Source: Camelus dromedarius (lineage: Eukaryota). From it: a stretch of DNA of 64,000 nt. The stretch lies in contig NC_087436.1 of NCBI RefSeq assembly GCF_036321535.1, positions 86,368,001 through 86,432,000 of the forward strand, in the 5' to 3' direction. Below the pieces are notes generated by a model. It ran no database searches, was not told the origin of the DNA, and saw nothing but the letters and a program-made list of their open reading frames with translations. Of this stretch, positions 11,801-25,340 are shown piece after piece (within the stretch, counting starts at the first letter, position 1; the number at the start of each line of letters is the position of its first letter). The position numbers were made by a program, and so were the translations under genes.

Positions 11801-14074
11801 TTAGGTTGTGTCTTTGATGGACCAGTCCAGGTCTAAGGAAATGCCACATTAGGGTGCCTTGTCGGGTCAGAGGTTCAGCTTTATGGTGTTTACTTGCTTA
11901 ACGTCAGATGCACTTTAGGCAAAAGCAGATTTTCGGTTTTCCTGACTACCACCATGTCAAGGAGCGTGAGGCCTGGATGTCTGAATCTGATGAGGCTCTT
12001 TGACCCCACACAACCTGCCTGAGTTCTTCTCAGGGGTGGTCTAATTTCCGTGGCCACGGTGAATCAAACCCCCCCCCGCCTCGCATTGGGGTGGACAGGG
12101 GTGGGGGGTTTGTGTCGCCTGCAGTGTCAGGACCATCTTCTGGGCACAGAGTAACAAAGGAGATCACTTTGTGTTCTCCCTCTTTTAGAGTGCTTGGCCC
12201 TACTGTACACCATGATGTTCCAGAAAACCCTAGATTAAGAGTCACCCTTGCCAGTACTGACACATACACACACACGCACGCACGCACACAGAGCTGAGTC
12301 AGGACTGTATGAACAAACATCTGTGCAGAGACCTAATAGAGCGGTATTGTGCTTGGGATGAGGGCTAAGAGCCTTCCCAGAAATGGTTTTAGCAGAGTTG
12401 AGCCTGCGACTGGCCCTATAAATAATGATGACATTGAAAAATAAGGGGGAGGTTATAGTACAGCACTTTTGAAGAGCAGTTTCTTGATTGACAAAGTACT
12501 TCATGATGTTAAAATCTTCCCACCGAATTTCCTTTCCTCCATCTAGGTCAAGGCATAAATAAACAATGTTTTTTTTCTCTCTCCTGAAAGACAGATTGTA
12601 CAAACCATGAAGCAAAAGATAGGACAAAATGTAGATACAGTCCTCTTTAAATTATGAAGTAGACCCTTCTGTTTCCTTCAGCTGACCTTTTTTCTTTTAT
12701 GAAAAATAATGGTAAAAAGCTTCCTTTAACTTACTTCTATTTTCCATTGGTCTTCTACTTTATGAAAATTTCCCTTTGTTTCTTTTGAACATTTTCCCTT
12801 CAGGAAGGTCTAAGGCACAGGATTTAAATTGTCAAGTTCAATCGGTTCTTAAAAGACACGTGAAGTCTTTGAAGAAAACATTTTTTCAAATGATATATTT
12901 AATCTAGGGAGTATTATTTAAAATATGTCTCCTATGCTCAGAACCTAACAGGTAGCAGATCTATACAAGTCTGGATTTTTCCAGCTGAAAACACTGGAAA
13001 ATTTAACCCTGTAGCCTGAACATTTAAACCCATTTAGTGTTTGGAAAGTTGATTGGTGGAATGCCTTGGGCATCTGGAGAGAAGGGTGCTTGCCTGCGAG
13101 GTATGTTGACGTTTTACTGAAGAAGAGAATGACCACAATGCTAAGAATCATCACTGACCCTCAGCGTTTCCAGATGTGGAACCAAGTGTCAGCGTAAATT
13201 TCCCCAGATACGTTTCGAGTCCAGGCTTGGCTCGCAGTGCTGCCTGGAACACACATGGAGAAGGCGCCGAGGTAGGGACTGCCCTTCCCTGTGTCCACCC
13301 AGCATATATCTTATGTGGAAGCCAGCTCTGCAGAGACAAAGCAGAGCCACGGTGTTGGCGCTATGGAAGTACTTACCTACCTCCAATACCAGAATAAGAA
13401 ATTCCAAGGAACTGAGGAGTATGGGGAACCAGAGAGAGGATGCCATCTCTCACTCATGAGTCTTAAGCTTGGTCTCAAGACAGAAATATTTAGCTTTCTT
13501 CTTTAGATGCTTCTGTTCCTGCATGTTTCCATGTGTGTATTTGGCTATATAATCTTTACAATCATAATTTAAATTGTTGATCACTTTCTTTTTGGTAGCT
13601 ATCTTGTAACTTAATTCATCTTTTTCCTGCTATTGGAAGTTGAGCACCTTCTAATTTGTAACAGAATAATCTATAATTAGTATTTCCATTGATAGGATTA
13701 CCTTCAAGCCATTTTGTGATGTTTCTTGTTTTTCAGAGTGTCTCTTTCAAAGGGATTTACATGGATTTTTGGTGTATATATCCCTTGAGCTCTTTAGTCT
13801 CACCATCACTTGGAAATCCATTAACAAGCAAGCCAAAACAAAAAAAAAAAATCTGAGAAAATGTCCATTTAGTGAAATCTGAATGTAAATCTGTTGTGGG
13901 ATCTATGCAGGCCTTTAAGAATCAAAATGATTTTTTTAAATGCAAAAAAGGAAAAAATAGACAAAATTTCCTGCAGTCTTAACTATTCTCATTTTATAAT
14001 TCCACAATCACATACACCAGAATAATACTGTTGTGTTATTTTTGTCCAGCCCTTTTGCATTTGCAGAGATAAAA

Positions 14075-14338
14075 CAGCATAGCAAACACTTTTATATAAA
14101 ATGCTTACTCTGTGTCACGTAGTTTAGTTTAAGAGTTTTATGTGATAGTAACTCATTTAACCCTTGAAAAAAACCTATGAGGAAGCTATTATTGTTTTTC
14201 CTATTGTACAAATGAGAAAATTGAGCCTCAGAGAGGTTAAGAAAGCTGCCCAAGGTCACAGCTGGTAGGTGGCCATGTTGGGATATGAACCTAGACAGCT
14301 GAGCTCTGGAATCTGTGCTGTTAACCACTACACCTTCC
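14075..14338 (-). mobile_element. Near full-length MIR SINE
   Basis: aaatgagaaaattgagcctcagagaggttaagaaagctgcccaaggtcacagctggtagg...ttaaccactacac. Confidence 0.9.
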
Positions 14339-14349
14339 ATCTTTCTCGA

Positions 14350-15650
14350 ATGCACATGAAAGTCTGTATTTGGCTCTCCAGTAACATTATTTCATGTACA
14401 TACTCCCATATGTAAATGTGGCTGTGTAGATTTTATAGCAACCATTTTAATTATTGCATGATATTACCAGAAATTTTTCCATTATAATTCAATGAGTTAT
14501 TCCTCCACTATTGGAAATTGAGTTCCTCTAATTGTTTAAAATTATTAATAATCTATAATAAATCATTCCATGAACATGATTGTTCTAGCCATTTTGCAGA
14601 ATTTCCCTGGCATAGATTCCCATAAATGGTATTTCTAGGTCCAAGAGTAAACATTTTATGACTCTTGATACGTATTTCAGGAGTGATTTCCAAAAATGTC
14701 ATTCCAGTTGAAACCAGCGTTACTATATGAGAATATTAGATTCTTTGAAACCTAGCCAGCATTGGATATTATCAGTTGTATTTGTAAAATTCATCATTTT
14801 TAGATGTGTGATTTTTGGCAAATGTTCATTCATGTAACCACCACCTCAGTCAAGATATAAAATATTTTCTTCACCCCCAAAAGTTCTCTTTGCAGACAGT
14901 CTGCTCTTCATATCCCCAGCCTCTGGCATCCTCTAATCTGTTTTCTGTTCCTGTAGTTTTTCTTTTTCCAGAATGTCTTATAGATAGAATCATAAAGTAT
15001 GTATGGTTCTTTTGTGTCTGGCTTCTGTCACAGCATAACGATTTTGAGATTTCATTGTGTTGTTGCGTATATCAGTGGCTGTTCCTTTTTCTAGCAGTGC
15101 AGTGTCCTATTGTGCAAAGGCACCAAAATTTATTTATCCTTTAGCCAGTTGTTGGACATTTGAGTTGTTTCCTTTTTGAGCAATTAGGAATAAAATGGCT
15201 ATAAATATTTGCAAACAGGTTTTTATGTGGACTCTCATCTTCTGGGAATTTTTGTCCAAGTAATTTTCTTTACCAGTATATTAAGGTTTTTGTTATCTAT
15301 TTTTATCAGCTCTGGACTGAAAATTTCCTTAACTCTTTTTCAAACATATTTTCAATATTTGTTTATCCTAGCCTTTAAAACTGTTTTTTTTTTTTTTTTT
15401 TTTTTTTTTTTAGTTCTGTATTCTAAAATGCAGTGAAACCAGGCAATCTCTTACTGTATTATTTAACCTATTACTCCTAGGCTTAGAAAATTGCCCCTTT
15501 TTTAGAATTTTGAAAAATGTTACATTTTCTTCCTTGGTAGGTGGTTTGAATTTTTATATCGAATTTCTACTCACTTGGAATTGATTTTGATTCATGGGAT
15601 GACATCTTTAATATTTAACTACTCTGTGATACCATTTGTAAATATCCTAT
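14350..15650 (-). mobile_element. Very old L1 (L1ME-like), interrupted by a younger L1 at 14780-15232
   Basis: ctccactattggaaattgag, gcatagattcccataaatggtatttctaggtccaagagt and cacttggaattgattttga match the antisense old L1 ORF2/3' region. Confidence 0.55.
14780..15232 (-). mobile_element. L1 (L1MB/MC-like) 3' end
   Basis: catgtaaccaccacctcagtcaagatataaaatatt...ttggacatttgagttgtttcc...aggtttttatgtggac. Confidence 0.85.
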
Positions 15651-15803
15651 CACAGAAGTCCATAAAAGACAGTAAGTGAAGTAAGTCTGTGCAAAAGGCA
15701 TTATTCAACACCTTGTGTTCTTTGAGCCTTCAAAAATATGGAATTAGTAAAGGATACAGCTTCTGCTCTTGAGTAACTTTTAGAGGAGTTAAAGATCAGA
15801 CGG

Positions 15804-16272
15804 TGTATTAGGGTTCTCCACAGATGGAAGATTGTGTGTGTGTGTGCACACACACGTATGTGAGATTTATTTTAAGGAATTGGTTCATGTGATTAGGGAG
15901 ACTGAGAAGTCTTACAATCTGCTGTCTACAAGCTAGAGAACCAGGAAAACTGTTGACATAGTTCCAGTCTGGGTCCAAAGACCTGAGAACTAAGTGTCAG
16001 TCTCAGTCCCAGAGAGGAGAAGACCAGCGCCCCAGCTCAAGGAGTCAGACGGAGAGCAGATCCTCCCTTCCTCCACCTTTTTGTTCTATTCAAGCTCTCA
16101 AAGGATTGAATGATGCCCACACATTGGGGAGGGCAATCCTCTTCATCCAGTCTGCTGATTCAAATATTAATCTCATCTGGAAAACCCTCACAGACACACC
16201 CAGAAACAATGTTTAAGCAAATATCTTGATTCCCTGTGACCCAGTCAAGCTGATATAAAATTAACCATCACA
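15804..16272 (-). mobile_element. MLT2 (B/C-like) ERVL solo LTR
   Basis: TG..CA termini (tgtattagggttctcca...aaaattaaccatcaca) and internal gatttattttaaggaattggttcatgtgatt. Confidence 0.9.
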
Positions 16273-17139
16273 ATGGGCAGTTAAGTTAGAAGGATGATTC
16301 AGGATAAATATTTCTATTTGTAGTTGTAGTCTCTGTAGTCCTTGGATTTCGGGCCCAATCAGGAGGGCTGGAATGTTGATTTGAAATTTTATTCCATATC
16401 AAAATCAGGGGCTAATTGAACTGATTGCCCATCAGCATGTGTCTGAAATAACCAGACCAAATCTGCCATTTATAGACTCCGCCTGACCTTCAGAACATGA
16501 TCACAGTCAATCAAAAAGGCACTGTGCAAAAGTTCATTCTCTCAGCTTAGATCTTCAGCCACTGGCATGCCTTCTGCCGTCTGTCCAGACTCATGGAGTT
16601 GAGGGGGCAGGGTAGGGTCTAGCTCAACCTTTGCACTTGTCTGCTTGAAGAGAGAAAGCAGGAGCAACAGAGTGAGTGAAAAACGGCGCACCAACCACAC
16701 CTCCTAGTCAGAGTGACCTAATCGATATCTTCCTTTCTCACCATTCATGTTAGCAGAACGTCCTTCTTTATTTGGAAGGAGGATGGGAGGGAAGTTAATA
16801 GGGAGGTGGGGAGAAGAAAATGAAGATCCCCTCTCTTTTTTGTGTGATTGGCACTTGAGAATTCAGAACAAAACATCCCTGAGTCTTCTTCATTGTGGCT
16901 CTGGAGTCAGATACAGGCTCAAATCTTAGCTCTACCACTTTGTAGATTTCAACTTTGTAAGTGTATTTCTGTGTGTGTATGTGTGTGTATATATATATAT
17001 TCACAGGAAAAAACACTGTAAAGGAGGGAGAATTACCACCCTCCTGGGAATTAATGTGAAGGTGGCATCAGTAACAGTGATCAACCCTAAGGAGAAGTTG
17101 ACCCCATCCTAATAACGCCAGGCGGCATCCAGTGACTGA

Positions 17140-17335
17140 TTGCCATTTACTGACACTGTGTGCACACTTCACATGCATTAGCCCATGGAGACGTTATTAA
17201 CTGACTTCACTAATGATGAAGTTGAGGCTCAAGGGACTCAGATAATTTGCCTGATAACCCTACATAGGTCTGAGGTAGAGGAATTGGGATTGGAATCTAA
17301 ACATGCCAGATTCTGGAACGTGAATTCTAATCTTG
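17140..17335 (-). mobile_element. MIR SINE
   Basis: aatgatgaagttgaggctcaagg...taatttgcctga...gggattggaatctaaac. Confidence 0.65.
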
Positions 17336-18399
17336 ACAGTATACTTGGTGGCACTAGTGGGTCATTTCACCTTCCCCTCCTGGGGCTTTTGCTTCTAGTG
17401 CTAAACCTAGAGGGTCTGTGTTTTGTTTTAAAAATTTCCCTAACAGCTCCCCAAATCCTCACAAGTACTGCTTCTCTCTGTATAGGTCCAGAAATACTTA
17501 CTTCCTCTCATTTCTGCGATCATGTGATGTCTTATTTTTTTTCACTTACTCTTTAGAAAAGAAAGCCTAAGGGCATGGAGGAACAGGCTTTCTCAGGGTT
17601 GCAAGACAGGCCTCCCAAGACTCCCACTATTACAGTTGGTATCTCTTCCTGTGACCTTGGATCCCATGCTCAAGAAACTTTCCTGAACCTGTTTAGTGGT
17701 GGGACAAAGTGAACCGCAGATCCCTTTCTCTGTGGAGTCCCAGAGCTGGCCTGACCACAAGAGAGGGGTTTAAGTGGAATGCTGCAAAAGTAACCTGGGA
17801 CGAAAGGAATGGAATATATTTGACATCTTTGATCTCTTGTCAAATTAGGGCAATGAGAAGTGAGATGATTCTGCCATCAGAGAGGAGAGACTGAAACGTG
17901 GGTGGGTGGGGGGAGATTAGGAGGTTTGCAGGGAGATGGTGGGGTTACTGGAGGGGGAAAGGACGTTGAACCTCTCCGGGGTCAATTGGTAATTTAATGT
18001 TGACTGTGGAATCCACTGGCCATCAATCTTGATGAGCTGCCCTGGCCATAGAGGTGGCGTTTAAGCTCCCTGCCCAGAGCTCTTCACCCGCTCTTTGTGT
18101 AGGAAGCCAGGCAGCCTGTTGGGTTCACTGTTTTGTTGTTCCTGCTCCTCCTGCCCTCCTACTTGTGGTAGAAGATTCTAAGGCAGGCAGGGGTCTGGGG
18201 CTGCTGGTTTATATCAGCATCTGATGTCTGAATTGAGTAATCCAGGGCTGTCAGACTCCCACAAGAAGTATGATCATAGATTTAGGAATATGTGGGAATA
18301 CTCAACTTTATATCTTTATATATATATATATATATCTTTGAGACTATAAAAATGGTTGTGGAGCTTTAAGGGGCAGATAATTTGAGCCAAAAGATAATC

Positions 18400-18490
18400 T
18401 AACTTGGAATGTGTAGACTTGCTTTTACTTGCTGTGTGACTTGGGCATGTTTCCTAACCTCTCTGAGTCTTGGTTTTCACTCAGGTAAAA
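18400..18490 (+). mobile_element. MIR core fragment
   Basis: ttacttgctgtgtgacttgggcatgtttcctaacctctctgagtcttggtttt. Confidence 0.75.
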
Positions 18491-19654
18491 GAAGAACTCA
18501 GTTCTCTAGGAACTGGTTCTGTGAAGTTTTGTCCAGGCCCTTGGAAGCAGTAGCTTGAGCCTATGTGGTTCATTTGGCTTCGTAGACTCAGAATAAGTCA
18601 TTGTAAGGGTGTCCATCACCCTTAGGTAAGTTGATTCCCAATTTATAAAGAAAGCAGGGGAATTCACTATTTAGGTGAGTCTTCTGGTGGTTCTTTTGGT
18701 TAATCCAATGAATTTTCCTTTGATTACTTTTAAATACACATATATTTTTATACATATATTAAAAATATATGAATTATAGCCAGTGGTCTTCTTTAAAATG
18801 AGAAGCTGTATTGGTCAGCTGGGCAGGTCTCTTCCTCCCCTGAGTATTCGTGAACGATGGAGGCCCCAGGAAACAGGAACCTCCCCTGCTGGATCTCCCA
18901 GATATATTACCTTTGGGATAACTTCCTTCACCATCTCCTAGGAATACAGGAAAGGTGCCTCCAGAAATCAGGTTTGAGATTTGCATCCATGCTTTACTTT
19001 TAGCCTCCTTCAAAGCTTTTGCCATGACAACCAGCATTGCCCTGGGGTATCTGGTCCAGAGGATGCTGACATCTAATCCAGTGTGAGAGAGCGTAGGACC
19101 ACGACCTCCATGTTTAGTGCTGTGTGAGACTCAGTGACAGGATGGCCTTCCAGCAAACCTGGGCTGGGGAGCCAGGGGCCAGAAAGGAAGACCACAGGGG
19201 CCTAGGTGTGCTGGCCGCAGCCGCCAGCTTTGTGAGCCTGTGTGAAAACGCCTTTGAGACTCCCCTAGTGAGCTGAGGGGACTTGGAAGGAGCTGAGGAC
19301 TGTTGTTCTGAAAGCAAGCAAGTGGGAACATGAATTTGGCGTTTATCTTCCTGTGACCGTATGGGAGTTCACAGCCTGCCGCAGCCCGTACCACTGTGGC
19401 CTCTCCTCATTTCCTCCCCTCCAGCAGGCTCCGGCTCTGCCCCTGGGCTCAGGGTGCTCTTAGCCCTTTCCACTTCATCACTCTGCTTCCACCCTCTGGA
19501 CCGGAGTCAGCTTTTTCTCTCAGCGTCTTGGGTCCCTTGAGAAAAGTATTTCCTCAGCCTGGGCTCCATGCCAGCAACTGATCAAAACTGCCCTCCTCAT
19601 GGCATTTTATTCAGTAGTCTGGTCTGTGGCCCCTGGTGTTGGTCCCTGGAGACA

Positions 19655-22146
19655 TTTTAATTTTTAATGTAGTTTTAAAAAATCTGAGTTATACTGCACA
19701 TCCTTTAAAGAGTCAAATGCTTCTCCAAGGCTTTTAGAAGACACAGCAGTACCTCCCCATCCATCCATGGCTCCTCCAAAGCCCCTGCTTTCAGCCCCTT
19801 TGGCCTTTCTTTACCTTCAAATCTGTAGATCAACTGCATCTTCTTGACTTCCGTGTTAAGCGTCATCTGTTGACTTCCAACTGTGGAAGAGGTGGATTTC
19901 TCCCTCTTTCCCGTCCCCCCACCCAACTCTGCCATGCATAGACATTTCTGTCCCCTGTTTCTCATCCTTTCGGTTAGATTGATACGTAGCACTCATGTGG
20001 CACTCGGTGACTATGTAAACTCTATTTACACCTGAGCCATGTATGATTACCTTCCCAGCATAAATTTTTGTTGTCCTTAAAGTTAATAATGGTTTTGTTT
20101 TTACATTTGCTTAGTTTTCTGTGCAGCGGTCATTACCGTATTCCTAAGCTGTCCCCGAGTTGTGTAACTCTCTCTGTATCTTCACATGCAGTAGATAGTC
20201 TATTACAATTTTATATGCTCCGAAGAGGTCCTGGCTGGAGCCTGGCCTGTTCATGGCTGTCGTCTTGGGATCTCCCTTCCTCATTTTCCTGGACTTTCTC
20301 TTTCCCTCTCCTTTTCGTTGGGTCTCCTATTTCCTGCATTCTGTGTTTGCCTCTTCCTGGATTTACTTCCTTGTTTTGGTAAAGTATCTCTGAGAAGGAA
20401 TGCAAAGGAGGTAGACTTTTGGAGATCTTGAATTCTGAAAATGTCTCTGATTTCCGCTTCCTCTTCGTTTATCTTGGGTACTCAACATTGACTGCTATGT
20501 TGAGAACCATTTTCCTTCAGAATTTTTCAGGAATTGCTCCACTGCCTTTTAGCTTCCAATGTTGAGAAATCTGATGCAGGTAAATGAGGGAAGGAGGTTG
20601 GGTCTAGGGAAAGAGCTGAGGGTGTGGTTTTGGCTGGAAGTTAGCTTTGGCCTGATACCCAGTGCTGCTCTGCAGCACAAATTGTCCCAGAGTCAGTCCC
20701 CCTTTGGGGAAAGGGTCTTGACCTTTTGAACCTTCCCATCAGTCATTGGTGTGAGCTCACCCGTGCAGGAGCTGGAATGGCAGGTGAAGCCTCCCAGGAG
20801 ATACAGCTACCCCTTGGCTGAGGGCAGTTCCCCAGAGAATGGGGCTGTGAGCCCTAAGTGGCCAGCAGTTGGATGTGCTGGCCCCATACAGGGGATCCAG
20901 ATGAGGCACCAATAGTATCTTCTAGACACGTGTTCTGAAGGTCACAATAATTGTCTTTTATTCTGGAAACATATAAACTTGAGTTCTGGGACAGTTTCTT
21001 CAATTGCTGTGTTGATAATATCATCTTCTCTGGAACTTCTTTTATTCAGATATTACAGATACTGGAATAGTTCTTGGCTATCTTCTTAGCTGTCCTCTCC
21101 TGTTCTCCTTCTCTTTTTCATTTTGTTCTTTCCTTATCTTTCTACCTTTTTTTTTTGAGTTTTTATGTTTCTACAATCTTGTTTTAATTTCTGAGACTTC
21201 TTTGTTCTGACTGTTGTTTATTTAAATAGTCTCCTGCTTCTGTTTCATAGTTGCTATATCTCCTTTTCCCAGAGATATTAATTATAGTTTTTTTCCTAGT
21301 TTTTCTCTGCCTCCAAGTTATTTTTCCTCTGTTTATTGATTTTTGTAATTGAGATTTTCCCCTAATATGTCTGGCTTGGCTATATGCTCACAGCCAAAAG
21401 CTGATGGGAACCTCCAAGTCAGCGGGGTTATCGACCTTACGCGTCATGGTAGGGTGAGCCCCGTGAGCCATTTTCTGAGGAACTCTAACGAATCTTTAGG
21501 TCTTTTCTTATGGGTTGATCCCATTCCAGAGAGAAGGCTCTGCTAATCTGCAAGGAGGGTAAAACCTGTCTTCCACTGTTTTGGGAGCCAAGTGAGGGGA
21601 GATGAATGTCTGCATTTCAACACTCAGTAAACATTCATTTAATCCCCCTATTTTTATTACACCATCTCCACCCTTCGCTGTGGCTGGTGTCCTCTAGTCC
21701 AGAGCCCGTGATTTGTCTTTTCTAAAGACCAGCCCTCTTTCTTCTTCTAGGGTGAGGGAGAGTCTGTCACCGGGCTCCACGGGAGAGAAGGAATATGAAG
21801 GGTCTCAGAGCTTCTTAAACAGACTTTCATTCAGCACCACCTATTTCAGCCTCATCTCTCCCCCAACTTGTACAAGTACCTGATGCCTCCAAATTCCTAA
21901 GGCTTTTGTGGGTTCATGACTGTCAATTGTCTCCACTGCCCTCCGTTAAGATTTATCTCTCTTGAGATAATCAGAGCATCTGCTTTACTGCTCCCAAAAC
22001 GTTGTTGCTGCTGTAGCCTCTCTGGAATTCTTCATTTTATGTGTTTGTGCCCCCCCCCCCCCCATCCTTTACTGTTATTTTAGTGGAATTTCAGGAGGGA
22101 CAAGACATTAAGGCATGCGTTGAGTTCAACATCTTTAATTGAAATC
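19655..22146 (-). mobile_element. Near full-length HAL1 (Half-L1) element, interrupted by an LTR
   Basis: HAL1-like 3' UTR (aagagtcaaatgcttctccaaggc...ctgttgacttccaactgtggaagagg), antisense ORF1-like region 20380-21300, and 5' terminus ...gttgagttcaacatctttaattgaaatc. No ORF2. Confidence 0.75.
20575..20926 (-). mobile_element. LTR33-like ERVL LTR nested in HAL1
   Basis: ggctgagggcagttccccagaga...gctgtgagcc...ggggatccagatgaggcaccaatagtatc is antisense to the LTR33 5' end. Confidence 0.7.
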
Positions 22147-22763
22147 ACCCTCAGGATTTTGTAAGCCTTCTCTCAGGGGAAAGAAATTTTCCCTGAAATT
22201 TCTCTCTGTCTCTTATTCTTCATTTTGCTGAGCCTGCCTTCTTCGTTGGTAAAGATTGTCCTCAGAACCCAAGCCTCCTTCCTAATGTGTACTTCATATC
22301 AGGTGCTTAATGATAATTTATTTTTTGCTAAATATTTATGCATCATTGTACACTCGGCATTGTGCTAGATCCTCAAAGAGCTAACCTAGTCGGGGAAAAG
22401 TGCACACACACACACACACACAGTACCACAAATCATTGTTCTAATGTGTTAGAGAAGCAATATTCCATTCAGAGATTCTGTAACAACACATTTTGAAAAC
22501 AGCGTATGTAGAACTCCACCTTAGCATTTCAGTAATTCACATGCATCATCTCAGTTACCTCCATCCACAAACGCTTTTGGAGAGATGGAGTTTTCATCAT
22601 GTGCTTCTAAGGGATGCTCCAGTGTCGCGGAGCTGACATGGGAAACAGATGTGGTGGAGGAATACAAAGCTGCTTCCTGCTTTCATCTTTCCTTCCCCAC
22701 TCCTGAAGTTCATGAAAAAGACCAGTGCCTAGAATCAGGAGTTGGGAACCACAAAGACAGTAA

Positions 22764-23245
22764 TGTCCTGGCACGCACTGTTGGTGCTCTGCCCATATTG
22801 CCTTGGCGCTCACCTCTACATGCCCAAGGCTGCTTGCTGTGAACATCTGCAGCTCTGTTCCTGAAGACCTTCTACCTGATTGTAGGACCAAGCTCAGCCT
22901 GTGCACGAGGGAGGCTAGAAATACCAGAGTTAATACCCTTGGGAATCACCCTTGAATCAGTGACAGATTGGGGATGTTATTGGTGGGTAAATCCCCCATC
23001 TTCCTGATCCTTCAGTTGAGATAACTCTGAGGCATGCTCTGCACTATCTCCCGGAGCGCCCCAGCAGGGCTGAATTCCAGTTGTCCACCCTGGTAACTGG
23101 CTCTGAGATGCACCCTTCATTGGCTTCCTCCCCTTTCCTGTCCCACTTCTTCACTTCTTCATCAGTGCTTCCCATGGTCACCCTCTAAATAAATGACTTG
23201 CACTCAAATTTTCACCTCTAGTGAAACCCAGACCCAAACCAAGAT
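22764..23245 (+). mobile_element. LTR16-like ERVL solo LTR
   Basis: ctgttggtgctctgcccatat...gataactctgaggcatg...aaataaatgacttgcactcaaat...cccaaaccaaga. Confidence 0.8.
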
Positions 23246-24321
23246 CTTCCCTAAAGAGTAATATATCTCAGAGAGGTCATACTCTTACTCTGAACTTATA
23301 AAAGTGGAATGAACTCAAAACATATACCAGGAGATGGCTACCCCAGATACACAGAACATTGGAATAACTCAACAGCCAACTATATAAGTTGGCTTATACA
23401 GTTAAATCTTGGAGCTGGCAAGGGTTCAAATAGTGATTTAGTACAACTCTCCCTCAAAATCAGAGCCTGTCTTCTCAAGACCCCTGACCGATGATCACCT
23501 CAAGTCTCTATTCAAATACTGCAAAATACAACAGACTACCCAAAGAAACTCAGCCCTTCATGTTTAAGTGCCTACTGTGCGCTGACTGTGGTAGACCCTA
23601 GAGAAGAAGGAAGATAACACAAGAGGAGCAAAAAGCATAGGTGGTTATTGGCTGAGAACAATTTAGACTATCGTCTGCAAGAACACCAGTAAAAATGACT
23701 TTAAAACAGATTCCCAAGCCATTAAACTAAGCTGTTTCTTTGCCATTGAATTTCCAAAAGGTTTCCTTCTCTAGTTTCTAGCCCATCCCTGTTTTGCAGG
23801 GATGGAGATTTTCCTTCCTCTCTCTCTTTTTATGTTATTCTCTGTTTGAACGAGCATCTCTTGACAGCCACCCAGTGGACCCTGCTGACACTCAGTAAGT
23901 GGTAAACATTTTTAACAGCACATGTCCACTCCTAGTCACATAAACCTCATTAGAGACTCCTTATCACAGAGTCTCACCCCCTGGGTAAACAAAGAAAGGC
24001 TAAGAAGTAGTGTGAATACACAAATTATTGCCAGAAACAGGAGCTGCTTATACAAAGCGCAGCAGCAAACCCAGTCTTCCAGAGAGGACGCTAGAACGCT
24101 GGGCTGTTAGCCACAATTCTCCCCTCCCCTGCCTGTACCACTCCTCCCCGCTCTCCCTCAACACAGAAACACTCTCAGAGCCACTGGCTGTTTTTGAGGG
24201 ACATTAACATGCAAGTTTCTAAACAGAAAGCGACCACCTGATCTAGGAGGTACTACAGGTCAGTCACAAAACTTTAGAAGCTGAGAGTAATCACCTACAG
24301 TGGCTGGAGGGATGCGAATGC

Positions 24322-24490
24322 AAGAGGCAATGTGGTGGGAAGAGCATTGTTGCAGAGGTTTGTTAAGACTTAGATTTTAATCACAAGTTAAGTGAGCCAA
24401 GGCATGCCCTTAAACTCTCTTAACCTCAGTTGCTTCAGTAAAGTAGGAACAATACTGACTTTAAAAGATTCTTTTGGGGAGTAAATAAAC
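24322..24490 (+). mobile_element. MIR SINE fragment
   Basis: gaggcaatgtggtgggaagagca...cttaacctcagttgcttcagtaaa. Confidence 0.55.
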
Positions 24491-24681
24491 ATTTAATTAT
24501 GTTTACTAAAATATCAAATTATGAGACAAGGTACCCATTCGTTATGACTGTCTTTCCTTGCTGCTATAGTGCGTTTGGTAATGTCAACCTCCTACTGCTA
24601 TTTGAACAATCCAATCAGAATCAGGTAGCCTCAGTCAATCAAAAGCAGTTATCAATTTTAATTCAAAATAATTAGTAACAG

Positions 24682-25092
24682 TTTGCAGCAACATCGATGG
24701 ACCTAGAGATTATCATACTAAGTTAAGTCAAAGACAAATATCACATGATACCATTTATATGTGGAATCTTAAAAAAATGACACCAATGAACTTGTTTACA
24801 AAACAGAGACAGACTCACAGACATAGAAAACAAACTTATGGTTACCAAAGGGAAAAGGGTTGGGGGGAAGGGATAAATTGGGAGTTTGGGATTAACAGAT
24901 ACAAACTACTATATGTAGAATAGAAAAACAGCAAGTTCCTACTATATAGCATGGGGAACTATATTCAATAACTTGTAACCTATGTTGAAAAGAATGTGAA
25001 AAAAGAATGTATATATGTATAACTGAATCACTATGCTGTACACTAGAAACTAACACAGCATTGTAAGTCAACTATACTTCAATTAAAAAAAA
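24682..25092 (+). mobile_element. Cetartiodactyl-type L1 3' end
   Basis: ggacctagagattatcatactaag...gggataaattgggagtttgggattaacagatac...gtcaactatacttcaattaaaaaaaa. Confidence 0.95.
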
Positions 25093-25114
25093 TATGAACA
25101 TTGTTAGGACTATG

Positions 25115-25340
25115 ACTTATAGACCACTTCCTGCAGGTAAAGTATTATTAAGCTCTTTTCATTATCATCTCATAAAAATTTTAAAATAGACCTATGAAAT
25201 GAGATATTTTTCCCATTTTACAGCTGAGGAAACAGGTTATGGGAAGCTGAATTTATTTTATGAGGATTACAACGAACATGGTAGAGCCAGGGTTAAAGCT
25301 CAGGACTGTCTGACTCTAAAACCTGTGCTCTGAACCATCA
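25115..25340 (-). mobile_element. MIR SINE
   Basis: cccattttacagctgaggaaacagg...ggtagagccaggg...gtctgactctaaaacctgtgctc. Confidence 0.85.

Noticed and set aside
13174..13271. Plus-strand exon-like segment (ttccag|...gag|gtaggg)
   Set aside because: Weak pyrimidine tract, moderate donor, 98 nt and no recognisable peptide or partner exons.
18040..18060. CTCF-like motif (also ~33165, ~44297, ~45947)
   Set aside because: Each has two or more mismatches at the 5' CCA part of the core and cannot be called by eye.
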